Virus record (IMG/VR): IMGVR_UViG_3300021964_000093
Span: 1 to 53,611 of that record
From: a virus
Lineage: Duplodnaviria; Caudoviricetes
Strand: one strand, 5' to 3'
DNA length: 53,611 nt
A program made the position numbers and the translations under genes. A model generated the notes under the pieces. It did not search any database. It had not been told where the DNA came from and saw only the letters and a program-made list of their open reading frames with translations. Shown piece by piece: positions 37,950 to 47,065 of the stretch (the stretch's first letter is position 1; the number at the start of each line of letters is the position of its first letter).

Positions 37950-40569
37950 CTATTAATTTCTTTACGTCTTCAATACTATCAATAATTTCAAATTCTGCAT
38001 CAATATCTACATCTCCTTCTGGATTTATTCTTGCTATTTCTTGAGCTTCATAATCAAATTCACCAGGATATTCCACTTCTCTACCTGTTTTAGGATCTAT
38101 TCTTTTTTGTGGTTTAACATAAACAATTTCTGCTGGTGCACCTTTATCTGTTTTAAATTTTGCAGTAATGGATCCGGCATCTTCTAAAACTTCTGCATCT
38201 TTATATTTATGATACGCTCCAGATAATCTACCACCTGTTACTTTATCTAATTTATCCATAATGCCTTTACTCTTTACTGCATCAACTAAATTAAAAAATA
38301 TTTTCTCAGCTTCTGTTGCTACTTTTTCTACAGCAGGTCCTGCTGCTTCTATGCCTTTAGCAACCGGTTTTAACATTCTTCCAAATACCGGTATTGATGC
38401 AATGCCTGCAGCAGTTTTAAAAAATTTTCTTCTTTTTGGATCAAATCCATCTGCAAAACCAATACGACCACCATTGGCCATACCCATAATTCCTGTTCCA
38501 AAATTAGGGTCAGAAGCTGCTTGTCTTTCTCTTAAAGTTTTTTCCAATCTTGGTTGTAATATTTGTGTATCAAATTCTTCTGCTTTTTGTAATGCAAGTT
38601 GTTCACGTTCTGTTAAAGCAGGTGCTCCATATTGCGCACCAGCTTGTTTCATTTGTGCAGAAAATAAATCTTCTTTTAATCCAAATTGATCTACATAATT
38701 CGCTCGATCTCTTGCGTCACTAATTGGTACGCCCATCCCTAATGTTGCAACATTTAATAAAGTTTCTTTACCAGATCTTCCTTCACCTAAATCTAAAGGA
38801 GCAAATGCTGCACCTAAAGCAAGTTCAGGTATGACTGCAAATTTACTAACCTGTCTTGCACCTCTAGCAATTTGTGGTGCGTACTTTCCAAATAATTTTT
38901 TAGCTGTTTGAAAATCCTTAGATAAAATATCTTTAGCCATTTCAACATCACCCATTGCACCAAGAGTCATGGCTCTTTCTCTAACTTCAGGTTTTATTTT
39001 AACTTTTGTTTTATCTAATAAATCTACTAATGCAGTTCTTGTTCCTACTTCTTTTTTACCAATTTTAGTTGCAATGTCTGGACCTAAAGAACCGTAAAAT
39101 TTATTGATGGCTTTTTTCTTTTTATTGTAATTATATAAAGTTCCTTCTTGATAAGAAGGAGATTTCTGTTCTTTTTTTAATATATTTTTAAATGTAGATT
39201 CAAGTGATAATTTACCTCTAGCTTCTGCTAAGTTTTGATCTCCAAATGTTAATTGCACATTAAAAGGATTTTGTTGAAATCCTTCTATGTGTTGAATATG
39301 AAAAGGATTATCTCTTGCACCTGGTTTTAATCCAAACTGTTTATTAATTTCAGGCATTAAATTTTCTTGATAAAGAAATGATTTCTGTGCATAAGGTTTT
39401 AAAACTTGATCTGATGGAGTATTGGTAGCTTTTTCAATGTCTTCTAATAAAGTGTCATATTTAAATTGATTACCTTGTTTATCGGTTAATACTATTTTCT
39501 GAGTTTCATTTTTATCCAAATACCTTTTAATAGGAAGTTTTTTATCATAACTAAAAGGTTTATCTAAAGCTTGTTCATTTCTTTTTAATAAATCTTCCCA
39601 TAATAATGATTTAGGATCTCGAGGGTTTCTATAATATTTATTTAAATTTTTTCTTCGTTCTCTACTTTTTTCTAAAACATATTCTTCATATTTTTTTTGA
39701 GCTTCTTCTCCTCTCAAACCTCTTGAAGTTTCATATCTATATTTTCTATTAGCTAAAATTTTAGCTTCTCTTTTAGCATCGTCTGCTTGTAAGTTTAGTA
39801 GTTTTCTACGATCAGATATTTTTTTATTTATTTCTTTATCAGATAATTTTAAAACGTTTTCATATTTATCTGGAAATCTTTCTTTAATATATTGTTTATA
39901 TTCTTTTCTATCTGCTTCTGTAATTGATTTAGCCGCAGTTGATCCAGCGTATACAAAATCTTCAGGAATTAATCCTTTTTTCTTCGCAATGTTATATCTT
40001 CTGTCAATTGAAATAGGTGAAAATTTTTCAGCTTGTTTTGGATCAGGTTTGTATCCTTCTTTATTTAAAAAATCTGCAAACTCTTTATTAGTTTTATCTT
40101 TATTTTCTATTCTTAATTTTACAAACTTATCTTCGTCTAAATAATTTTCAACTTTAGCTAAATCTTTTCTAGTATTGATTCCAGGATTTTTATAACCTTC
40201 TCTGTTATTTTCTAAATCTTCACCTTCAATTACTCCACCTCCAATTGCTTTATTTATTCTAGGTAAAGTCTCACCATGATTTTCTCTTGCAAAATCTAAT
40301 AGCTCCTGTTTCCTGCTTCTAAAATAATCGAGTCCGGCTTCGGGTTCAACAACACCTTTTTCAGCAGCTTTATCTAATACTGCTTGTAATTTTAAAAGCA
40401 TTTCATCTTGAGGGAATCCACCAATAAAACCTTTTAAGTAAAGATCTGCTTCTTCTCTAAACATATCTTCTGTGTAAGGTTTTTCTTGTGGTATGATCTG
40501 TTCTTGAATCGGTTTTCTAGGAGGTCTGACAAGATCAGCTTTTGCTAATTTAAATTTTCCAATCTCCAT
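37942..40569 (-). CDS. large putative internal head protein
   Basis: 875 aa between TerL and portal; contains MANGGRIGFADG; basic central domain. Confidence 0.55.
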   Translation of the reverse strand: MEIGKFKLAKADLVRPPRKPIQEQIIPQEKPYTEDMFREEADLYLKGFIGGFPQDEMLLKLQAVLDKAAEKGVVEPEAGLDYFRSRKQELLDFARENHGETLPRINKAIGGGVIEGEDLENNREGYKNPGINTRKDLAKVENYLDEDKFVKLRIENKDKTNKEFADFLNKEGYKPDPKQAEKFSPISIDRRYNIAKKKGLIPEDFVYAGSTAAKSITEADRKEYKQYIKERFPDKYENVLKLSDKEINKKISDRRKLLNLQADDAKREAKILANRKYRYETSRGLRGEEAQKKYEEYVLEKSRERRKNLNKYYRNPRDPKSLLWEDLLKRNEQALDKPFSYDKKLPIKRYLDKNETQKIVLTDKQGNQFKYDTLLEDIEKATNTPSDQVLKPYAQKSFLYQENLMPEINKQFGLKPGARDNPFHIQHIEGFQQNPFNVQLTFGDQNLAEARGKLSLESTFKNILKKEQKSPSYQEGTLYNYNKKKKAINKFYGSLGPDIATKIGKKEVGTRTALVDLLDKTKVKIKPEVRERAMTLGAMGDVEMAKDILSKDFQTAKKLFGKYAPQIARGARQVSKFAVIPELALGAAFAPLDLGEGRSGKETLLNVATLGMGVPISDARDRANYVDQFGLKEDLFSAQMKQAGAQYGAPALTEREQLALQKAEEFDTQILQPRLEKTLRERQAASDPNFGTGIMGMANGGRIGFADGFDPKRRKFFKTAAGIASIPVFGRMLKPVAKGIEAAGPAVEKVATEAEKIFFNLVDAVKSKGIMDKLDKVTGGRLSGAYHKYKDAEVLEDAGSITAKFKTDKGAPAEIVYVKPQKRIDPKTGREVEYPGEFDYEAQEIARINPEGDVDIDAEFEIIDSIEDVKKLIDD

Positions 40570-40570
40570 T

Positions 40571-41743
40571 TTACAGCCCCATTAAATACTGTAAGCCACC
40601 TTTTGAGTTCTTTTTTCTTGTGCCTAAAAAATATTCTATGGGTTGAGCTTCATCTGCTGCTTTTTTCATAGCCTCTTCCATTTTTTTATATCCTTCAGGA
40701 TCTGTTTCTTTTGCAAACCTATCCATTTCACCTGCGATCTCTGGATCAGAAATATCTATACTTCCAGTTTTTTTCATCGACTCCATACTTTTTACAGGTT
40801 TGTTTTTAAGTTTTTGTAAAAGAGGTATTTTAAGTTCGTCGTATGCCATACCGTATGCGTTTAATATATCTTTTTGATCAAACATATTTCTATCTACACC
40901 AAGTTCTTCTAACATAGAATCGACTGCAACGTCAGCATCATATTTAATATCATCAGTTGTAAAAATATTATCAACTGCTTTTTTAATTTCGTCTTTTAAA
41001 TTTTTACCTTTTTGAGATAGAAACTTAGCTAGTTTAACTCCAGAACCAAAAGCATACATTGCTCTGTTAATACCACCTTCTGAATTTGGTTTTCTATCTT
41101 TTGGATCAAATCCTAATAAAATATCTTCTTGTTCGATTGCTTTTTTAATCTCTTCCATCTCTTCATCAGTATATCCTTTAGGCATATCTGTTCTACCACG
41201 TTCAAGATTAAACATACCTTCTTGTTCTAAAATCTCGTCCATACTTTTTGTTGCTTTACCCATTCGTTCAATTTCAATCATTTCTTCTGCAACGTTTTGA
41301 ACATCCCCTAATACATCTGCACCAAATTCTTTTATAAATATTTCTGTTGGATCTACTTTATCTGGTACTTGAATTCCTGCTCTATCTAAAATTTTTCTAG
41401 CTGCAGTTCTAGTTAATCCTGTTGCAAGATCCATGCCAGGTTGTTTCATTTCTTTTAAACTCTCAATACCTTTTTCTAATCTTTGCATGACTGGACTGGT
41501 CCCTGATTCCTGAACCGGTGTTTCTTTTTTCGGTGCGTTTTTAATAGAAGTAATACCGCCGCCACCAGGAGGTGGGGCTTTAGTTGTAGGTCCTTTAAAT
41601 ACTTGTTCGATTTGTCGTTTTAATAAATCATTAACTTCACCAAATTCACGTTTTGCAAAGTCATAAGCTTCATCAATTGTCTTAATTACATTCTGTGATC
41701 TTAAACTTCGAAGCGATGCTAAAAATCTTAATATTGGATTCAT
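40571..41743 (-). CDS. putative internal head protein
   Basis: Likely start MNPIL just after the TerL stop; RKPNSEGG and RKKNSKGG motifs. Confidence 0.55.
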   Translation of the reverse strand: MNPILRFLASLRSLRSQNVIKTIDEAYDFAKREFGEVNDLLKRQIEQVFKGPTTKAPPPGGGGITSIKNAPKKETPVQESGTSPVMQRLEKGIESLKEMKQPGMDLATGLTRTAARKILDRAGIQVPDKVDPTEIFIKEFGADVLGDVQNVAEEMIEIERMGKATKSMDEILEQEGMFNLERGRTDMPKGYTDEEMEEIKKAIEQEDILLGFDPKDRKPNSEGGINRAMYAFGSGVKLAKFLSQKGKNLKDEIKKAVDNIFTTDDIKYDADVAVDSMLEELGVDRNMFDQKDILNAYGMAYDELKIPLLQKLKNKPVKSMESMKKTGSIDISDPEIAGEMDRFAKETDPEGYKKMEEAMKKAADEAQPIEYFLGTRKKNSKGGLQYLMGL

Positions 41744-41744
41744 A

Positions 41745-43223
41745 CTAATAATAAACCTTCTGTTTTTGTGGAATCGGTTCATCCTCATAGTCTTCAGGAT
41801 GTTGAATCAATCCACCTTGTCTAAATCTCATTACCGCCTGAGTCATTGAGTCCACCAAGTCATCGTGGTCTCCATATGGGAAAGCTGCACATTCTTCAAT
41901 AACCTCCTGCGCGAACTCCATATTTTTGGGCGCCCATATTCTCCCTGACTCAAACAGCGGAGAGACACTGTTGACCCTCGTGTGCTTATCGTTGCCTTTA
42001 GAGGGTGAGAAGTTTATAACAGGAATCCCAGCTTTACGCAACTCGTAAGTTAAAGGTAGTCCAGATGCTTTAGATTCAATAATTACGGTTTCCGGATTCC
42101 AGTACCCATACTGATCCAGCGCGATCCTACGGAGTTCAGGAAATTCATACCGACCTTTAATTGCATCAATTAATATTAAATGTTTTCCAGAATCTTCACC
42201 AGGTGTAAATACACCCCAAGTCGTAATAGCACTAAAGTCAGCAGTTTCTTTTTTCATAAACGCAGTATCATACGATTGTATAACATGTTCTAGTGGTGGA
42301 ATATCTCCATCCCAATCTTGCCACCATTCTCTTTTGATCAATGCTCCTTCTTCACCGGTTGGGTTTTGCATGTACTGAGCGTTCCATTTTGATAATGGTA
42401 TTGATGCACGAACACTTTCTAAATCTTTCAAGTTCCAGTATTCAGGCCACAATGGATCACCGCTTGGCATGATAGCTGGAAATTGAATTACTTCCCATTG
42501 ATCTGCTTTAGGTTCTTTTTGTGCTTTAATTAATCTACCTGCTAAATCTTTTTCATTCCATCTTGTCATTACGATTACAATTGTTCCACCCGGTTGAAGA
42601 CGTTGACGTGGACCAGATGTGTACCATTCATAAGTTCTATCTAAAGCTTGATTGTTCATTGCATCTTGTTCAGTGTGTGGGTCGTCAATAATTAATAGAT
42701 CGGCACCCCGTCCAGTAATTGCAGATCCAACACCAGCAGCATAATATTCTCCGCCTTGTTGTGTTTCCCATTTACCTGCAGCCTGACTATCTTCTTTTAG
42801 TCTTGTTTGAAATACTTCCTTGTACTCAGGTGAATCCATAAGTTGTTTTGCCTTACGACCAAATCGTACAGAAAGTTCTGTGGTGTTTGTAGATTGAATA
42901 ATTTTTAATTTTGGATTTCTACCTACCATCCATGCAGGAAGTAAGTAAGATGCAAATTCAGATTTAGTATGTCTAGGTGCCATATTAATAATAACACGTT
43001 TTATTTTTCCTGTAGCAATGTCATTAAATTTTTTTGCAACTTTTCTATGATGAGATCCTTCTACAAAATCAGGCCATACATGTTTAACAAAAGCCATAAA
43101 GTCATTTCTAATTTGAGTTTCTTTTTTCTTATCTTTCCACTTAGCCATATATAAAGCTAATTGTCTTTTTACATCAGGTGGTAACTTCTCAAACTTTTTT
43201 AATTTATCTATGTCTATATCCAT
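41745..43223 (-). CDS. terL: terminase large subunit
   Basis: Walker A-like MAPRHTKS, Walker B LLIIDDP, MTRW, nuclease SYDTA...HDDLVDS. Confidence 0.95.
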   Translation of the reverse strand: MDIDIDKLKKFEKLPPDVKRQLALYMAKWKDKKKETQIRNDFMAFVKHVWPDFVEGSHHRKVAKKFNDIATGKIKRVIINMAPRHTKSEFASYLLPAWMVGRNPKLKIIQSTNTTELSVRFGRKAKQLMDSPEYKEVFQTRLKEDSQAAGKWETQQGGEYYAAGVGSAITGRGADLLIIDDPHTEQDAMNNQALDRTYEWYTSGPRQRLQPGGTIVIVMTRWNEKDLAGRLIKAQKEPKADQWEVIQFPAIMPSGDPLWPEYWNLKDLESVRASIPLSKWNAQYMQNPTGEEGALIKREWWQDWDGDIPPLEHVIQSYDTAFMKKETADFSAITTWGVFTPGEDSGKHLILIDAIKGRYEFPELRRIALDQYGYWNPETVIIESKASGLPLTYELRKAGIPVINFSPSKGNDKHTRVNSVSPLFESGRIWAPKNMEFAQEVIEECAAFPYGDHDDLVDSMTQAVMRFRQGGLIQHPEDYEDEPIPQKQKVYY

Positions 43224-43392
43224 AACTTCATTCGAAAAAATTTTCTAAAAAATTTTTATACATACGTTTTTGACTCCAATAAGTATTTTACGTCTTTAAG
43301 TATCCAAAACTCCGCAAAATGTCGCACCTATAGGGACCCCTTTTTGTGTATGTATAATTGATTATATATAAAATTGCAAATTTTGGATGGGG

Positions 43393-43418
43393 CCTGGTAC
43401 CTCTATCGAGATACCAGG
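43393..43418. terminator. hairpin after early genes, upstream of terL
   Basis: CCTGGTACCTC-TATC-GAGATACCAGG; U-tract only on the + strand, G-U pair favours the - strand. Confidence 0.45.
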
Positions 43419-43430
43419 TTTTAACAGAAG

Positions 43431-43724
43431 CTATGCCCAACGTTTGAGCGCTTTCTTTTTAATCAAGATGGCAGGACCGCTGACCCAATCATCATGACCA
43501 AACAAGTACTTGTCTTTTGTGAATGTAGTTCGCCACAATGTAGTTGCCTCTTCATTCACTGGTAAACCTTTTAACTTACCTTCTTCATTAACAATAAGAT
43601 AATCACCGTTAGGAAAACTAATTCCCTCAACGTAACCACCAACAAACTGTTGAGCCGCTTTTAAATCTGGCTCATGTTTGCTGTCTTCGACTATTTGAAA
43701 TTTAGCTGTTGATTTTAGTTCCAT
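43431..43724 (-). CDS. DUF3846-like protein
   Basis: AQQFVGGYVE..LIVNEEGKL..LPVN..AT..G.A. Confidence 0.75.
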   Translation of the reverse strand: MELKSTAKFQIVEDSKHEPDLKAAQQFVGGYVEGISFPNGDYLIVNEEGKLKGLPVNEEATTLWRTTFTKDKYLFGHDDWVSGPAILIKKKALKRWA

Positions 43725-43945
43725 AAGTCCCTCACCATTGCGCCATTGGTTGCTTTATTTAAACACTCCAGATATTCTGTTTCTGTCATCTTTAAATACT
43801 TGATGCAGAATTCATGTTTAATATTTTGAGTTGCGCCAGGCTTTCTTAAATATTCTACAGCCTTATCTAAGATATACTGTCTCATTTCTCCACCTGGTAA
43901 AAACTCATCTTTTAATTTTTTAGTTGGTTCTTTTTCTTTTGACAT
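43715..43945 (-). CDS. hypothetical early protein
   Basis: Start MSKEK after AACAGAAAGGA leader. Confidence 0.6.
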   Translation of the reverse strand: MSKEKEPTKKLKDEFLPGGEMRQYILDKAVEYLRKPGATQNIKHEFCIKYLKMTETEYLECLNKATNGAMVRDLWN

Positions 43946-44009
43946 ATGTTCCTTTCTGTTATTCTGTCTTGTACCATGGACCATGCCTCATGGTCCATGG
44001 ATAAAGTTG

Positions 44010-44360
44010 TCACACCTCTCTAGTTATTATTTTGGAGTTAGTATAGGTATGTCCCCAACTAGTTGTGTGAGTTGTTTTTTCAACTCGGTCAATCGGTGTG
44101 TGCAATGGCTCGTTTCTTGGTGCAATGTTTATAACTTGCTGAATGTATTTATTTGCAAAGTCATTGTAACAGCCATTACTACAAAAATAAGAATACATAT
44201 TAATGTGGTCAGGGTAAAATTGTACTTTACGAGTTCGTAAAGCTTTATTGCCCTTGCTACCTCGCACCCTGTCAACTGTATGATAGGTATGGCAACTTGG
44301 ACCATGGCACCAAACATGTGAGGTCATACAAATAACCCCACATATACTACTGCAACACAT
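44010..44360 (-). CDS. Cys/His-containing hypothetical protein
   Basis: WCHGPSC and FCSNGC suggest Zn binding; true start may be MTSHVW. Confidence 0.55.
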   Translation of the reverse strand: MCCSSICGVICMTSHVWCHGPSCHTYHTVDRVRGSKGNKALRTRKVQFYPDHINMYSYFCSNGCYNDFANKYIQQVINIAPRNEPLHTPIDRVEKTTHTTSWGHTYTNSKIITREV

Positions 44361-44387
44361 ACAGTTAAAATTATTAATGCGTCCATG

Positions 44388-44576
44388 TTAGTACCTCACT
44401 TCCCATTTGCCTTTGGCAGTTCTATATCCTTTTTGGTCTAGGTCATAGTAAGTTATTAAAGCCTCGCCAAGTTTACTTGTCCAGTATCTACATTTTTCTG
44501 TCCATTGACCAAACCTTGTCACAGTTTCGCCTGTTGATTTTGTAAATGTTATTCTAAATGTTTTATTGTGTATCAT
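44388..44576 (-). CDS. hypothetical early protein (WYL-like SH3 pattern)
   Basis: Start MIHNK after AACAGAAAGGA; ITFTKSTGE...YYDLDQKGYRT. Confidence 0.6.
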   Translation of the reverse strand: MIHNKTFRITFTKSTGETVTRFGQWTEKCRYWTSKLGEALITYYDLDQKGYRTAKGKWEVRY

Positions 44577-44633
44577 ATTATTCCTTTCTGTTATGTATGG
44601 GACTATCGCATAGGATAGTCCCATTGTCAAACA

Positions 44634-45596
44634 TTAATTTACAGATTGTTCATATTTTTTTCTTGCCAAAATTTTAGCCTCTCTTGACATGAATTTATTT
44701 TTCATGCCTTTTATTCTTTCAGCAAGATTTGTTGGATTGTAAATTGTAAGACCTGTTGAGTTAGTTCTTATCAATTCTGCCTCATCAATCTTGATACCAA
44801 GTGCGTCAGCTAATTCAACTGCCTCACTCATGTATCTGTATGCTTTCAATCCAATCTTTAACTCATCACATTGTTTAGTGATACTATCAATCCACTTTTG
44901 GTGTGTTGATACTAATTGAGATTTAGCAACTCGCCATTGTTCTAATTGCTCATACTCATCTTTAGTACATGCGATAGTTCTTGAACGACAGTAAGAAGTT
45001 CCTATTACATCTAATAAAAAATTATCATTAAATGCTTTGGTCATTCCTGTATTGTTTTCAGAATGATAACTTGATGAAAACCCAAGTGCTTTATTATTTG
45101 CGTCCACATGTTTAGTTTTAAATGGATTATCTTGCTTATCATTTTGTTGAGCAAGAATATCTGGGTTTAACCCTTTTTCTTTTAACTCATCTCTATAATA
45201 AGCATAAGCAAATTGTTGTCCCTCATCACTTGAGTATTCACTACCTGTAAGATTACCAAACAAACCAAAATCAAAATGAGATTTTGTTTCTGTTTCTTTA
45301 TTGTCCTCATCAACATTTTCTGTGTGAGCAAAATAAAAACATTTATCTTTGGCAACAACATCACATGGACTTCCATATTTAGATTTAAAGTGTCTTAAAA
45401 CTTTAACATCTTCTGGTGGATAAGACCTTTCAACAATCTGTGTTGCAAGTTCAAATGCTGATTTATATTCTGTATCAACATTCTCTCTTGCTACGAGATA
45501 TGCCTCTTTCTCTTGTGTCATTTCTTCTTCAAACACATTTTTTATTTTACCAAACAACTTATTTCGTAGTTCAGTATTTAATCGTATTCTTGACAT
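44634..45596 (-). CDS. hypothetical early protein
   Basis: 320-aa ORF with AACAGAAAGGA leader. Confidence 0.7.
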   Translation of the reverse strand: MSRIRLNTELRNKLFGKIKNVFEEEMTQEKEAYLVARENVDTEYKSAFELATQIVERSYPPEDVKVLRHFKSKYGSPCDVVAKDKCFYFAHTENVDEDNKETETKSHFDFGLFGNLTGSEYSSDEGQQFAYAYYRDELKEKGLNPDILAQQNDKQDNPFKTKHVDANNKALGFSSSYHSENNTGMTKAFNDNFLLDVIGTSYCRSRTIACTKDEYEQLEQWRVAKSQLVSTHQKWIDSITKQCDELKIGLKAYRYMSEAVELADALGIKIDEAELIRTNSTGLTIYNPTNLAERIKGMKNKFMSREAKILARKKYEQSVN

Positions 45597-45641
45597 AATG
45601 TCCTTTCTGTTAATTGTTAATAATTTTTTTTATAAACTATC

Positions 45642-45669
45642 TTGACATTCCTGTCAATAGGATTATATA
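45642..45669. promoter_or_regulatory. back-to-back -35 boxes (divergent promoter)
   Basis: TTGACA-TTCC-TGTCAA at the strand switch; TATATA 16 nt downstream on +. Confidence 0.6.
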
Positions 45670-45674
45670 GGATT

Positions 45675-46010
45675 TATCTATCTTGCTTGATTATCAAATC
45701 GAAAGATATTGACTGTAGAGTGGTAGATATATTAGTAACGGATAGCGGTGAGTTTAAACACTATACCAGAAGAGAAGGCCCGGAGCTCTATATGTCATGC
45801 AATTACAGGCCTCATGACCTCTTCCGGCGCACGTTACTGATAGTAATTTGTTGGTCTATTGTTAGATGCAAATTTTTAAAAGCGCTAGCATGGCAATGGA
45901 CCTACTAATTATTATGACTAAGTACACTCTTATACTCGCTCCACTGGAGGTGTTTTCTAAGAGAACATTCTTAGGCCAGGGTCCGGAGACTGCAGCTCTC
46001 CCGGATCCTG
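45675..46010 (+). ncRNA. candidate structured non-coding RNA
   Basis: At least six complementary segments, several needing G-U pairs on the + strand; promoter immediately upstream; no credible ORF. Confidence 0.55.
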
Positions 46011-46130
46011 AGCAAATGAAAATAAAATAAAAGCTTCAAGCAGCAAGCTTCAAGCATCAAGCTGCGGCGTCGTTGCACATGTACATGAAAAATTTCATAT
46101 GCATAATGCAGCTAACAGAAAGGAATAATT

Positions 46131-46274
46131 ATGAGTAAAGTGTCACCAATGAGCGAAGAGTTTCATGACTGGCTGGACAGCTGCCCTGTGCAATGGTTCA
46201 GGGGAGAAGTGAGCAAGGACCACGTTGTATATTATTTTGAAACGCCGGACGAAAATGAAGATGATGAGAATTAA
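46131..46274 (+). CDS. small acidic protein (47 aa, not in ORF track)
   Basis: MSKVSPMSEEFHDWLDSCPVQWFRGEVSKDHVVYYFETPDENEDDEN*; AACAGAAAGGA leader. Confidence 0.7.
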   Translation: MSKVSPMSEEFHDWLDSCPVQWFRGEVSKDHVVYYFETPDENEDDEN

Positions 46275-46461
46275 ACACAACGATCTAACACATTATTTTT
46301 TACGTGATCATGACCAGCTGCCGGATGCCTATCTCCGGAGCTGTAAGAAATTTTTTAAAGAACTGAGCATCAAGCAACAAGCCTCAAGCAACAAGCGTCA
46401 AGCGGTCACATTACACAAGCCCGGTTTACGTGTTAAAAATAGATTTAACAGAAAGGTATAA
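46261..46461 (+). CDS. hypothetical protein overlapping heptamer array
   Basis: MMRIKHNDLTHYFLR...; C-terminal part is translated repeat. Confidence 0.4.
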   Translation: MMRIKHNDLTHYFLRDHDQLPDAYLRSCKKFFKELSIKQQASSNKRQAVTLHKPGLRVKNRFNRKV

Positions 46462-46462
46462 T

Positions 46463-47065
46463 ATGAATACAAAAGAAGCTCTAAAAATTGTGGGCGGCCT
46501 GAGCAAGCCGTCTAAGATGCCAGGCTGGGCCTATGGTACACCAGCCGCAGAATGTAAGACTGGAACAAAGTTAAGAGACATAAAGGGCAGCACCTGCCAT
46601 AAGTGTTATGCAATGAAGGGTTGCTATGTCTTTCCGGTTGTTCAGGCAGCTCAATACAGACGTTTAGATAGTATCCAGGACCCGCGTTGGGTTGACGCCA
46701 TGGCCATGTTGATTAATTCTAAAAAATCAAAATGGTTCAGGTGGCATGACTCAGGCGACGTGCAGGACGAAGCTCACTTGTATAAAATTTTTGAAGTATG
46801 CGAGTTGACGCCAGAGACTAAGCACTGGTTACCAACTAGAGAAGCCTGGACCAGGAAGCACTTAAAGCACAAGCCAAAAAATTTGGTATTACGATTTTCT
46901 ATGCCAATGGTTGACCAACCTGCCTCAGGCAGCTGGGACAATACATCAACAGTCGTGAGCGGTGAAGGGAGAACATGCCCGGCCCCTGATCAAAACAACG
47001 AATGCAAAGACTGCAGAGCATGCTGGGACCATTCTGTTAAAAATGTAGCCTACGGTAAACACTAA
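46463..47065 (+). CDS. GP88-like Cys-rich protein (radical-SAM-related)
   Basis: C...CxxCYA, FRWHDSGD, WLPTRE, CPA...CxxCRACW; start MNTKE after AACAGAAAGG. Confidence 0.7.
   Translation: MNTKEALKIVGGLSKPSKMPGWAYGTPAAECKTGTKLRDIKGSTCHKCYAMKGCYVFPVVQAAQYRRLDSIQDPRWVDAMAMLINSKKSKWFRWHDSGDVQDEAHLYKIFEVCELTPETKHWLPTREAWTRKHLKHKPKNLVLRFSMPMVDQPASGSWDNTSTVVSGEGRTCPAPDQNNECKDCRACWDHSVKNVAYGKH

Noticed and set aside
2290-38689. Numerous + strand ORFs antisense to late genes (e.g. 5173, 6718, 20351, 38261)
   Set aside because: Shadow ORFs of long minus-strand genes with no SD or recognisable motifs
45642-45908. 88-aa ORF in the track
   Set aside because: Its TTG start is the -35 box, there is no SD, and the region is better explained by RNA pairing
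45975-46010. SRP RNA, tmRNA or tRNA
   Set aside because: CAGGGTCCGG...GCAGC only superficially resembles SRP helix 8 and lacks the GNRA-closed stem; no T-arm or CCA acceptor end was recognised
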